Source: Octopus sinensis
Taxonomy: Eukaryota
Direction: 5' to 3'
Assembly (NCBI RefSeq): GCF_006345805.1
Contig: NC_043019.1
Coordinates: forward strand, 23,931,360 to 23,995,359
Length of the DNA stretch: 64,000 nucleotides
A program made the translations under genes and the position numbers. Every line of letters begins with the position of its first letter. The stretch's first letter is position 1. Below the pieces are notes generated by a model that was not told where the DNA came from, searched no databases, and was given only the letters and a program-made list of their open reading frames with translations. Shown here in pieces: positions 1 through 13,575 of this stretch.

Positions 1-104
1 TCATTTTGCTGGGTATGATGGAAAGTGTCAGCCAGCAGACTAAGGTGACACTTGTTCACTGGCCATGCTTCAAGAACCCTGCCAAGAATTCTTGCTGTTC
101 CAGT

Positions 105-295
105 CAGAATCGTTAGAACGCAATGCAAAATGCTTAACGGTATGTCTTCTGTCTTTATGTTCTGAGTTCAAATCCCACCGAAGCCGACTATACCTTTCAT
201 CCTTTTGGAGTAAGTCGATTACTGGGAGAGGGGCAAGTCGATTACATGGACCCCAGTTGACCACGGGAGTCGATGTAATCGACTTATCCACCACC
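105..295 (+). mobile_element. Diverged tRNA-headed SINE, family A
   Basis: cagaatcgttag...gttctgagttcaaatcccaccgaagccgactatacctttcatcc...gtcgatgtaatcgactta aligns by eye with the better copies at 2173 and 49479. Confidence 0.55.
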
Positions 296-1354
296 TCTGG
301 GATTGCTAGCCTTGAAAGCAATTATTATCATTCTTATTTCGACCAACTTAAGCACGATGTCAACTAAAATAATTTGAACCTCCTTCATTTTAAATTTGCT
401 AAAAGATGATCAGAAATATAATTTCGAAGTGTTCATAATGAATCTGTGACTAGGGAAAAAACTTATTGGCAGACCAGTGAAACACGATGGTCACCCTCAC
501 CGGCGAAAGATGCAATACAATGATTAACTGTTTGCCTATGTCTCTTTGTATGAGAAAATACCTCATCTTATATCAACAGCTGTACTTCAAACAAGTACTT
601 AGACCTGTATTTAGAACTCTACGTCTTAAAACCCCCCCAGAAATATAAAAAGGAATACAATTATTCCAGCCTAGTTTCCTCAAGGGTCTAACTGCTATGG
701 GTCTTCCCTGCGGAAGATAACGAAAGTTACTGAGCAATACGTAAATTTCATATTTTCTAAATGTTTGTCTATCAGGATTTGTATAAATTTCAGTTTTGGA
801 AAAAGTTGCTATTTCTATTATGCCATTTGTTGTGTGAGTAGGCTTCCAATGCGATTTATCACATTATTTCCTTACAGAAAAGGTCTAGATTTGCCGTTCA
901 TATTTGCACTTGTTACCGGTGTATTAGTAACAACCTTTGTAAACACTAAATGTTTGGTACATCTGGAGATATCATTGAAAAGAGGATGCAGAGCCTGGAA
1001 GTCCATTTAATTAATAGCTTTAATTTGTTGTTATAGCGAAGGAATTGTTTATACTCCTGTCTTCGAAGCCATGAAGAGATTCCAGAGAAGTCCAGTAAAA
1101 CAACAAAACCAAACACACAGGTCGATAAAGATTGAAAACTAACGAAAATAATATAATAAATGGCCACCCACCGAGACTGATGGACAGAATAGGACCAGGG
1201 ATTCTTCATATATCAACTTTGTAGTATATACCTTATGTGCACATATGTATGTATATATGTATGTATATATATATATATAATATATATATATATATAATAT
1301 ATATACATATATATATATATATATGAATATATATATAAATATAAATATATATAT

Positions 1355-1385
<31 letters not shown>

Positions 1386-1436
1386 ACTATACAACATATA
1401 ATATATATAGAAATATATATATATATATATATATAT

Positions 1437-1506
<70 letters not shown>

Positions 1507-1631
1507 GTATATATATATATTAAATTAGAGATAAAACCACTATTAGGCAAATTCAAACAGTGAAAAACATAAGCCAATACATAGAAATAAAATTAATTAA
1601 TATAATATACAAAATATATAAAATATTAAAT

Positions 1632-1664
<33 letters not shown>

Positions 1665-2172
1665 ATGTATGTATGTATGTCTGTCTGTATGTCTGTCTGT
1701 CTGTATGTATGTATGTATGTATGTATGTATGTATGTATGTATGTATGTATGTATGAATGTATGAATGTATAGTGTGATTTGCTGGATACTTATCATTGAA
1801 ATATGCATATTGCAAAATCGATATTTTCTGTATGTTTATGAAATTTGTATTTGAATTATATTCATAGAAATTGTTTCAGTTTTTTACCGTTCATTTAATC
1901 AATAAAATTATTATTGTTTTTTTTTTAACAATAAGACCACAGGCAACCAAAATATTAGCAAACTAGCATTACTTCACAAACTAATTAATGCATCTCTACC
2001 AGCGCTGGATTAACCATTAAGCAAAATAAACACGTGCTTAAGGCGTCAAGGGAAGTGTGTGTATGTGTGTGTGTGTGTGTATCACAGAAATGGTAAATGG
2101 TGTACGGCAAAAAAGGAATCATTTTAAATTTGCTAAAAGATGAACAGAAATATAATTTCGAAGGGTTCATAA

Positions 2173-2404
2173 TACCTATTTCTTTACTATCCACAAGCGG
2201 CTAAACACAGAGAAGGCAAACAAGGACAGACAAACGGATTAAGTCGATTATATTGCTCCCAGTGCGTAACTGGTACTTATTTAATCGACCCCGAAAGGAT
2301 GAAAGGCAAAGTCGACCTCGGCGGAATTTGAACTCAGAACGTAACGGCAGACGAAATACGGCTACGCATTTCGCCCGGCGTGCTAACGATTCTGCCAGCT
2401 CGCC
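2173..2404 (-). mobile_element. SINE family A, full length
   Basis: Reverse complement reads ggcgagctggcagaatcgttagcacgccgggcgaaatg...gagttcaaattccgccgaggtcgactttgcctttcatcc...gtaaagaaataggtat; B-box-like GAGTTCAAATTCC; near-identical to 49479-49710. Confidence 0.9.
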
Positions 2405-3164
2405 AATACCACAGTGAGAATCTGATCAAAGACTTTGCAATTAAAAAAAAAACAAACAAACAAAAACAGGAGAAAACTTTTCAAATATAAATAAAACGGA
2501 AGTAAACAAAAAATAACGTTATTTTCTATCTTACTGTTAATTTTGTTTCATGTATATGGAGGCACCAAAAGTGTTTAGGGCCTCTGTGGATCTTAATACC
2601 CCTACATTTGGGTACATAATTTATAAATCACATACTATGCTGGGTGAGAAGAAGTTGACTGTTTCTTTACTTGTCCTTGTTTCAAAAAAAGGGAAGTGAA
2701 AACCTTTCTTTAACAACACATTTAATAAACTTTATTTTTTGCGACAAAGTTCTCTTCTTTAAACATTTCATATTTCATTAGCAAAGCAGACTATCACCAA
2801 CAGAGTATATGTATGTATGCATATGTGTGTATGTATGTATGTATGTATGTATGTATGTATGTATGTATGTATGTATGTATGTATGTATGTATGTATGTAT
2901 ATGTATGTATGTATGTATGTATGTGTGTGTGTGTGCGTGTGTTTATGCGTCTATATGTACATACACACACACACAGACACAGAGGAAACATCCGTTAGTC
3001 TCGCGAGACAATGAATCTGTGACTGGGGAAAAAACTTATTGGCAAACCAGTGAAACACGATGGTCACCCTCACCGGCGAAAGATGCAATACATACATACA
3101 TACATACATACATACATACATACATACATACATACATACATACATACATACATGCATACATGCA

Positions 3165-4425
3165 CAAATGGGATAGAGATGCAGAAAAAGCAGTGAAATG
3201 TGACACCGATGCAGGTGTTAACATCGAAGATATCACCCACATCATAAGAATATATCACCACATCACCACATCATGTGGGGTTAACATCGAAGTATCACCA
3301 CATCATAAGAATATATCACCCACATACCACATCATGTGGGGTTAACATCGAAGATATCACCCACATCATAAGAATATTCAACCACATCACCACATCATGT
3401 GGGGTTAACTCGAAGATATCACCCCATCATAAAGACTATATCCACATCACCACATCATGTGGGGTAACATGAAGATATCACCCACATCATAAGAATATAT
3501 CACCACATCACCACATCATGTGGGGTTAACATCGAAGATATCACCCACATCATAAGAATATATCACCACATCACCACATCATGTGGGGTTAACATCGAAG
3601 ATATCATCCACATCATAAGAATATATCACCACATCACCACATCATGTGGGGTTAACATCGAAGATATCACCCACATCATAAGAAGTTGTCCGAAAATATC
3701 ATCATGGTATTATCTACCGATGAGGCATGACGTGGAAGCTAACACACTCTATAAGGAAATCCGTCGGAAGGATAATCCCTAGGACAAAGAAATAAGAACC
3801 CACAGTAAGGTAGAAACTATAGCCACTCATAATAAAAAGGAGTACTGTTGGAATGTGCCAGTGAAGAACTCAATACAATGTAAGCACAAAAGACCTGATA
3901 TAATGATTTATTGATACAGAAGAGGAAGTGTGCAAAGTTGTGGAAATTAGCTGTCCATCGGATGTTAACATAAATCAGTGAAAAAGAGAATACCTACGCT
4001 GAACTATTGAGAAATCTGCAGCTACTCTATCCAGATTACAAGTTCATGTTTATACTTATAATTATTGGAGCCCTGGGATATGTAACTGACTAAATATCAA
4101 TCTTGAGAAATTAGGCATCTCAAAACCAGAAAGGAGAAAGCTGATTCGAAGACTACAGAGCCAATCCATCACTGAAACTGTAAAAATCTGTAAAACTTTC
4201 CAGAAGTTTTACATTTAAATATATATGTGCCTGTCTAGATATGCAACTATATGCATGAGAATATATACACAAAACAAAGCATACAAATATGCACACATAC
4301 ATACATACATACATACTACAAAAATACTCTGTTGGTGATGTTGAAATTACAATGAAGGAGCCTTGGATCTAGGTTAGAAACCAACTCTTTCTCTATTGGC
4401 AAGAAATCTTGAAAGAAAACTGAAT
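3165..4425 (+). mobile_element. 3' fragment of R4/Dong-like non-LTR retrotransposon (zinc knuckle + restriction-like endonuclease), decayed
   Basis: Hand translation with stops/frameshifts: MHKWDRD...EDITHIIRSCPKISSWYYLPMRHDV, KHKRPDIMIY, KVVEISCPSDVNI, EKENTYAELLRNLQLLYPDYKF, ending KICKTFQKFYI* at 4218. Same motifs in the copy at 53560-56760. Extent of the putative 3' UTR is approximate. Confidence 0.8.
3217..3683 (+). repeat. 63-bp minisatellite (~7.4 units) inside the LINE zinc-knuckle region
   Basis: Unit acatcgaagatatcacccacatcataagaatatatcaccacatcaccacatcatgtggggtta; unit starts at 3221, 3284, 3345, 3408, 3467, 3529, 3592, 3655. Confidence 0.95.
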
Positions 4426-4898
4426 ATAAACGTTTCGAGGTTCCAAGGAGTTCCTGTGAGTGAACTTGCTTTGCCCAGCACTGAACCCGCGTTTTCAGTT
4501 AAAATACCAGTTAAGATACCAGGAGCACAAAAGAGGAGGCTGAGGGGATCAGAAACGAATTGCACTTCAGGGATTCTTTTTTATGTGTTTACCTTCTCTT
4601 TGAAGGAAGTTCCCACGAAAACTAGGGATCCTTCTCTCCCAGTGGTTTACATGTTAGTCAACTCATAACTAAGTCCCTAACATGCATATACATACGTCGT
4701 ACACACACGCACATATACGCGGGTTGGAGCAAACTCGGGATTGGTCGGCCGAGATTGCGAGGATAATCTGGTTCTTGGCTGAGAATGGGGGGCTTCGAAT
4801 GACCCGTCCTTGTCTTTTTGTGTCGTCTGTCTGGATGCTTTGTTGTCCCTTTTTGTATCGCCTGGTTGTCCGGATCTTTTGCTTCTTGTCCCATTTTG

Positions 4899-4983
<85 letters not shown>

Positions 4984-5002
4984 TTAATAAGGGTGAGAGA
5001 AT

Positions 5003-5012
5003 TAGATAGATA

Positions 5013-5062
<50 letters not shown>

Positions 5063-5171
5063 CTGCATATATGTATGTACACATTACACATACACACATA
5101 CACATATAATATATATATATATATATTTGGTAAAAGTGTACTTACATATAAGAACAAGTGTACGTACGTCG

Positions 5172-5229
<58 letters not shown>

Positions 5230-5339
5230 GCGACGTACGTACACTTTGTTCTTATATGTAAGTACACTTTTACCAAATATATATATTATATATTATATGT
5301 GTATGTGGTGTATGTGTTGGTGTACATACATATATGCAG

Positions 5340-5412
<73 letters not shown>
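5003..5412. repeat. Fold-back inverted repeat centred on a (TA)n tract
   Basis: ttggtaaaagtgtacttacatataagaacaagtgtacgtacgtcgc-(TA)n-gcgacgtacgtacactttgttcttatatgtaagtacacttttaccaa; arms extend out to (AGAT)n and (ATCT)n. Confidence 0.9.
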
Positions 5413-5415
<3 letters not shown>

Positions 5416-7760
5416 GTCTGTCAGTCTATCTATCTGTCTGTCTATCTGTCTATGTATTTGTCTACATATCGTTCTTTCTTTCTTTCTGTCTTGCTGTTTA
5501 TTTATTCCGTTCACACACACGATATACACGCGCAAACACATACACATACGCACTCCTAAATGTGTGTGTGTATGGGTGCTTGTGAGGGGGAGAGAAGGGC
5601 GGGGGAGAGCGTGAGGGGGGGCGTGAGAAGGAAAGGGCGAAGAATGAAGGTAAGGGAAGCTAAACTCCATTAGTTTAGCCATATCTTTGAAAATAAACAA
5701 AACAAACAAAACATTTTCTTTCATAATTTAAGGGAAATTAGGAACATCAATAAAAGTGGAAGATAGCCCCTGCCTTTAAAGAAATATAGAGATAAAAAAG
5801 AAAGAAACGAAAATTAGCAATGGAGCGGGGGCGGGGGCGGCGGTGGGAAGCTCTTCCCTTCTGAATTGGAGCAAAATCTGTTAATTAAGCTGGTAGTCGT
5901 ATTTTGTTCTTTGTTTCAAGCCGCCACTGACAGAATGTATTAATACAGTCTCTCTTATAAAAGACTATCATGAAAATATTTTTCAATTAAAACAACAACA
6001 ACAACAACAACGCCAAAAGTTGTATTTCTGACAGAAATAGTTTTAGTACAAATGAAATTAATTCGATGTTACATTGCTGGGGTCTCCGTATCATGGATTG
6101 ATAACTGGAGACATGAGTTGAAACAAGATCAGATAACAAGTGTTTACTCGAAACATTCAACCATAAAATAAAGAGAATTAGGCAGAGATGGGATGAAAGC
6201 GAAAGAGAAAATAAAAGAAAGAAAAGCATAAAGACAAATAAATAAAAGTGAATAGAAGGGGTTTGAAGGGGTTTGAAGGGGGGTTGAAGTGAAACGGTGA
6301 AGCGGCGTTGGAAGCGATCGTTTCACGAGACGAACAAGTTGGCTGTCTTTTTGAAAATATTGCCGCTCTAGTTTTAATGATGATTTAAATTGTTTTAGGG
6401 GATTGTAAACGAAGAGAAGGAATCTCAGCTCGCAAACACAGCACTTGCAAGGAAATTCAAGCTTACTAAAAGGTGTTGATCTTTGGGATAAATGGCTTGT
6501 TGTTACTCATTGAAGCACAGCAGACGATATCTTACTTATTTCGACTTCGCAAAGAAGATTTTTCACTTACGAAACTAAGAAATGTTTATTTTATTTTATT
6601 TTCCGCTCATTTCTTTTCCCTCTACTAATTTGTCACCTCAGACTTTTCTTTCTTTTTCTAACTTCTTGGTTTCCCACTATTTTCTTTATCTTTTCATCTC
6701 ATATTATATTGCTTTCTTTTAAATCTACTACATTTGTAGGACCGGCTCTTAATCATATATCTTAGTTCCTCCCTAAATTCACTCTATATTATATTTGCAT
6801 TCAGACTCACACAGGAACTTTTCAACACACCATTCAAAACTAATGTTATTAAATATTGTTTAATCTTCATTCACATTTTCATTTGTTAGAGGAGTTCGTT
6901 CATAATTCTTCTTAAATCTTTCCCCCATGTTTCTCCCGACCCAACCCGTCCGGCATCTTACTCTTCTTTTATATTGCCACTAACGATTACTCTATATTTA
7001 TTTAGCCATGATATAAAACATATTAACAAGCTCCTTGTTGTACAATATCTAATGTCTTTCTCACTTTCTCTGTTGATATCTTTTTGCGTCTGATAAGAAA
7101 ATGACAGTTTATCTTGATCGCTCTGTAGAAGTTGTATCGAGTGATAGTGTTTATCTTATTCAAAGCAGATACGATAAGTTCGCCGAAAAACTCTAACACC
7201 GAAATGTTGCCGTATTTCGAAATTAGGAAAGTAACGAAGAGGGTGGGAGAGGTTGATATAAATTTATAGCATCTATAATTCTTATTGTAAATCACTTCTC
7301 GCATCCAAGAATTGTCACAATAGAAATACTGAAATTACATTTTTCTATTAGTACATCAAGTAAGTATGATCTAAATAAATAAATGATGAACGACCCACGA
7401 CGGAGAGGAAACAGAGCAAATAAACCAACCGGAAGCAAGTATATTAGTCGAGGAACACACATAATTTGGTACCAGAAGTGGAAGACCCTAAAATCATGTG
7501 TAATGCTGTGTTAAATGACTACTCCTTAATTTAATGTACAAATAACTGAAAATTTTAGGTTGACATAGAATATATGTTGTATAAGTATATAAGATATAAG
7601 CATATACGTTGGATATAGCATTTACAAAATAGATAAAAAAATTAATTCAAAGCTTTAATTAGAAAAGAAAAAAACAGTTATTGTTCTTCAGAAGCTGACG
7701 AACTTTGTTATTTTGATCATTGGAATCAATCTAAATCTACACTCTTCCAAAGTATAGAAG

Positions 7761-7833
<73 letters not shown>

Positions 7834-7837
7834 AGAA

Positions 7838-8118
7838 AATGGAGGAACAAATTCCTTTCAATCATCGACTTACAGATATTACCAATTCATATTATTTATT
7901 AACTACATAAATAGGAACATCCAAATCCAACAAAACAAAACAATATACATCAATATGTAAGATAATAATACCATAAGAATAATACACATATTATCTTACA
8001 TATTGATGTATATTGTTTTGTTTTGTTGGATTTGGATGTTCCTATTTATGTAGTTAATAAATAATATGAATTGGTAATATCTGTAAGTCGATGATTGAAA
8101 TAAATTTGTTCCTCCATT
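7838..8118. repeat. Near-perfect 130-bp inverted repeat with 21-nt spacer
   Basis: Arms 7838-7967 and 7989-8118; only two mismatches seen. Confidence 0.95.
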
Positions 8119-8283
8119 ACTTGTATTATGAATTTGAGGTAAAATATTTTACCTTCGCTCATCTAATACAATAAATGAATTAATTGCATTGCAATTATAA
8201 GCATTAATGTATTTGCTATTTGGGTGCTTCACCAGCAGTATATCGCATAGTGGGTTACACTCATAACCCCTATCTCACTTTTA

Positions 8284-8361
<78 letters not shown>

Positions 8362-10656
8362 AGAATGAATGTTTTTATATATAATGAACGTGAAATACAG
8401 GAAGGGACGAACACGGAACACAGACAAATCATTCGAAGCCTTCAATCTTCAGTCAGACACCGAATCATCATAGCAAATTTCGGCTGTTCAATTCTGATAT
8501 TTGCTCCAACTCGGCCAGCCCCAAGAAAAAAAACTAAGCTGTAAGCATTAGATTTCTTGGTAGAAGACAGGAATGTGAACGCACAAGACGGATGTAAATA
8601 CAAGAGACGAAAACGAAATTGAAAACAGTAATGAATAAACAAAATATATATAACGGTGGTTGTCATACGACTTTAGACCAAATGAGACAAAACAACAACA
8701 ACATAGCAGCTAATATATATATATATATATATTCTGTTTCTCAACAGGTGGGATGTCGGTATTAAACATTTACATGTTGAAGGAGTTCACTATAAATCAT
8801 AGTCAGCATAATTGTACTTATCAGCAATTAACGTCCTTCCTTTGATGCTTGGAAGATATTTCATTTAAGATTAAAGAGCTTCAGCCACTGTGCCGAGGCA
8901 CATCTGCATGTCATGTAACATCCGCAAGTGTGCCGCGAGCATTTGGAAACAGTCGGAAAATGCCAGAATATTTGGAACACTTAAGATTTTAATGTACTGC
9001 ACTAGTGAATGTGCATTTGTTTGCAGTAAAGAACTCCTCCCTGTTTTAAAACAATTTTAGTATTCGTTATTATTTTTTTTTTAAAATTTGATATAATAAA
9101 AACTTTCTGATTGTTATGGATGATTCACATCATTTTACAGAACTTATTAATGGATCGGGAATTGAAAAATCTCACTCAGAGAACCACCAGATCAATTAAG
9201 CAGGCATTTAATGAACGAACAAGACAGCCTCTACATAGTTGCTTGACTTGCTAGAAGTAATAGCTAAGTGATTCTGAAAGCACACGCTTATCATCTTTGG
9301 ACACGTTAAACGATGTAGTGCTTGATAAAGAAATGGGACGAAATGATCAAGGTTAGAACATCTTTGATGATAGATCTGATTGAACATAAGGCTACTCTAG
9401 GGGCTTTACATACAACTTTAATTCTAATGGCTTTTCGAGCCCTCACTACGTCCTTCTTCATAAGGTTCGAAAGTATTTCATAATATCGCCAATTTTCAAA
9501 CGTTGTTCAAACTAAAAACGAAATATTACAGACTTGATCTTGTGAATTTATTCTTTCAAAGACATGAATATAATACAATATCCCAAAAATAAAATAAAAC
9601 AAAAAACAAAATAAAGCCCCCCTCCCACCCCGAACCGAAAAATCAATTCCTTATTCCTGGGATTTACAAAAAATCAAACAAAACTTTGAATCTTGCCTTA
9701 TTTAGTGTTTCGCGGTGAAATATATTGAAAACTTTCGTCCATCTGGAAAGTACTTTATTGATTTTGATGTGGAATTTGGCACAACCACTCAGATCTGGTG
9801 CTTCCTGAGAATTAATCTTCATTTTTTGCTTAAAGTAAATAATATCCTGGAATAAATAGATATTCTCAGACCCGGTGGTATCTACTGGTGGTCGCGTAGT
9901 CAGCGAGAAATAATAACCAAAACTCCCTTAAAGCATATAGCAGTGAATAATGTCGTCCTAGTTTCTAGATTAGTGAATCTTCCTTCAAAGTGAACGAAAC
10001 GTTTGATGCTTTCAGCATGCCAAGTCTTGTCATAGTTAAAAATACTTTACAAAAGTCACAGACGACAGCTGACAATCTTTCAGCAAGATCGGGAAATAGA
10101 TGTATAATCGTATGATGAGAAATTGTACTTCTGCTGCAAGCCTTGTCAAACTAACATTTACACACAAGTGAAACAATGTACAGCCCGACGCATATATTTT
10201 GATGTCATAGCTGCGACATAGTTGTAGTAGTAGGCATTGTACAATATAGTATTGTATCAGATACTGGGAGACACTATAGCCATTGTGAAACGTTTCAATT
10301 CTGTTAACACTGAAGACCCAACAGAAAAAAACAAAACGAAACAATTAAAGAGGAAACTTGATTAAGCAAACACTTGTGGCTACACAGTTGTTCTTGTTTA
10401 TCCTCACACCAGCTCTTACTGAGATGACCTACAACCAAAAGCATTCCAAACAGGGATTATATTGGTATATATAATTTATTCCTGATTGTAACTAGTCTGA
10501 ATGTTACCGTCGGTTTCGCGCCGAATACTGCCACTAGACAATATAGTCAAGTGTCATAACCAGTAATATATTGCTTGGCTATCTAAAAATATAACTGCTC
10601 TATATCTATAGTGTGCTGTTACTTCTCTTTTTAGGACAACTAACTGATTATCTGTG

Positions 10657-10755
<99 letters not shown>

Positions 10756-10811
10756 ATGTCTGTATGTCTGTCTGTCTGTTTATCTGTCTGTCTGTTTGTA
10801 TATGTTTGTGC

Positions 10812-10850
<39 letters not shown>

Positions 10851-10864
10851 CATACAGGCATACA

Positions 10865-10900
<36 letters not shown>

Positions 10901-11985
10901 TATATACACATACATACATACATATAGGTATATAAATAGATATGACTACATTTTTTCTAACAGGTTCAACGACAGTATAGTGGCTCCCTTCTCAGCCATT
11001 GCAACATACAGCGCAGATATTCTGATATACTTCAAGTTCTTTTGGACAAATATCGAAGAGAAAACTGTTAAAATAAATGGTGCCTATTCATCTGACGGCA
11101 GTTGATTGACCTCTTTGGACACAACTGGAACCGTTTGAAGACATTTTCTCTCAAATATATTTTATGATTCGAAATACATATTCAGCTAGTTTTTAATTTT
11201 TTGATATTTCACTCTATTTCTCCATGTTATCAACATATTGATAACAATATCTTTCTCAGGAAAAATTTCTCTCGTTTATTGTTTTTATATCTAGCTTGAT
11301 TAAAACGCGCCTCGTAAGAATGATATCTTTCGTAAATCTTCGTTGTGCTTTCGTTGTAGTCCGTGCAATGAACCACAAAAATATTGAAAGATGAGTTTGG
11401 AAATTTTTATCTGTGGGCGAATGGGATTTACTTGCATATCAGGATTCCAGTATACAACGTTAAGTATTGATCTAGAAGCCTCTAGAAAACAACACACAAT
11501 AAATGGTAAAACGATATACTTAATAAGTACAAAAATCTGTAGGGAACAGCAAAGTCGGATGGAAGTCCTCGAGTATACACCTGAGGCTTCGCGCGATGAG
11601 GGCGGCAAGTTATGTTTCAGATCTTCCATATTCAAGGGATAAACGTGAAAATAATAAATAAAAGAACACATTTTATTGTTAGTTTTAATAAATTGTAGTA
11701 AACACTTTATTTCTACATTTGTACTTTTTAAACCCTGTTAAAAAGATAGGGCGCTTGCAATATAATTTTAAATATTGTATGCACGCCGAAATTCAACTTA
11801 CACAGGAACTCGCAATCATAGGACTTTTCTTGGGGAAAATCAATGTTTTAATCAGGGGATCTGGAAGAACCGTTTAATTTGTAAGTATTGTAGTAATTTG
11901 AAGGGCAGAACTGTTTAATTTATAAGCGTTGCAGTAATTTGAAGGGCTCATTTTGAAATTTTTTCGTTTGCCCTTATTATAAGTT

Positions 11986-12098
<113 letters not shown>

Positions 12099-12325
12099 AC
12101 ATATATATATATAAGTAGGTGAACGAATTATCCTAGTATGGATAATTCGGTTAATCGATACCTGGGTGAGGTAGCAAATTCACGTCCGTAAAACACGGTT
12201 GAAGCTACATGCCAAGGGCAGAACCCCGTGTTCGTGTGTGGAAATTTGTGTGTTTCTTTTATATTAATGTGGAAACCATGTAGGCAGTCATTAAGAAGCT
12301 TTTGTTCGTCTTGAGGCTGATAGAG

Positions 12326-12426
12326 GTTCCTTGTATTTCCTGATGAGAAGACGGCATAATGCAACCTTCATTCCTTCGGAATTAAGAGTATGCAGTCTTC
12401 GAAACATATGTCGAAAGTAAAGGAAC
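12326..12426 (+). ncRNA. Type I hammerhead ribozyme (predicted)
   Basis: Stem I gttcctt-gta-tttc / gaaa-gta-aaggaac; core CTGATGA 12340-12346; stem II gaagac/gtcttc plus gcata/tatgc; GAAA 12401-12404; stem III AC-ATAT-GT; GUC triplet with predicted cleavage after 12412. Confidence 0.8.
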
Positions 12427-12464
12427 TTTGTTAAAATCTTCGTTCGACTCCATTTTTTTCATTT

Positions 12465-12509
<45 letters not shown>

Positions 12510-13075
12510 TAATATGTATACGTTAATAAATATATATAAATGTATACACACATAAGCATAAAAACACACGCACACACAGGCATACACATATCTGTAGTAG
12601 AATATGTGTGTGTTTGCTGTGAATGTTTTTGATGAGGATCCTAATAAAACTCTAAACGTCAATCGTTTGATCGCTGATCAATGCATCGCTTCGTTTAATT
12701 TAGCTTCTTAAGGACGTCAACTTTTATCTCCAGCAAAATTATTTAGTCTGGACGCACGCACACACACATCAGTATATATATTGTTATCTTCCTAGTTTGA
12801 AGTGATGTATATAGGAGATGTGTGAAGCGTAGGCTTCGATGCCAGAGCCATCCGTCCTGAGCTGTGGAGCAGTGTCAGCTCATACACAACCATCTGGAGT
12901 CTATGCGTTATGGCTTACATTCACTCACAAACATATATTCGTGTTTGCAGAAATATTCATATAAGCACGATCTCCCCCCCTACCCTCCTTTTCTCGCTCT
13001 CACCTACGTGCACGCGCGAGGTGTCCTCTCTCTCCCGCCCCCCTCTTTCTATATATATATACATAATATGTGTGC

Positions 13076-13146
<71 letters not shown>

Positions 13147-13153
13147 AATTCTA

Positions 13154-13196
<43 letters not shown>

Positions 13197-13239
13197 GGAT
13201 TTACTCTCTAATATATTATTATTAATTATATATATATAT

Positions 13240-13283
<44 letters not shown>

Positions 13284-13457
13284 ATGTATATATTATATAT
13301 ATATGTATATGTATATATATATGTATATTATATGTATATATATGTATATGTATATATATATGAATATATATATAGATGATATATATATATATATGCTCAT
13401 GCGTGGTGTGTGTGTTTGTGCGTGTTCCCTTTATAATGTATACATAACTATATACAT

Positions 13458-13499
<42 letters not shown>

Positions 13500-13575
13500 A
13501 CATTCATGCATATGTGTGTGTATAATGCAAGTATAGTGACCTTAGTGAAAAAGCATGATTTCTTGTGAGACTTAC

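Noticed and set aside
665-740. Possible HDV-like ribozyme (ttcctc, ggg, hairpin tcttcc-ctgc-ggaaga, acgaa)
   Set aside because: Could not find matching P1 and P2 strands on either strand
600-870. Stop-free minus-strand stretch ...FRKYEIYVLLSNFRYLPQGRPIAVRPLRKLGW
   Set aside because: LPQG hints at an RT motif, but there is no YxDD or other support; cannot assign
3217-3683. CRISPR-like regular spacing
   Set aside because: Units are near-identical with no unique spacers, and the context is eukaryotic
5587-5848. G-rich patches with GGGGCGGGG boxes suggesting a promoter
   Set aside because: No CpG island, TSS evidence or linked exon; too short to support
7023-7304. 93-aa minus-strand ORF in unique sequence
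   Set aside because: No recognisable motif or splice context; length attainable by chance
8420-8455. Minus-strand CTGAAGA...ttcgaatga motif, similar to ~4779-4810 on +
   Set aside because: Core incomplete (GAAT, no stem III); probably decayed retroelement ends
11300-11671. Overlapping 123-aa (-) and 83-aa (+) ORFs
   Set aside because: No recognisable domain; neither has convincing splice or start context
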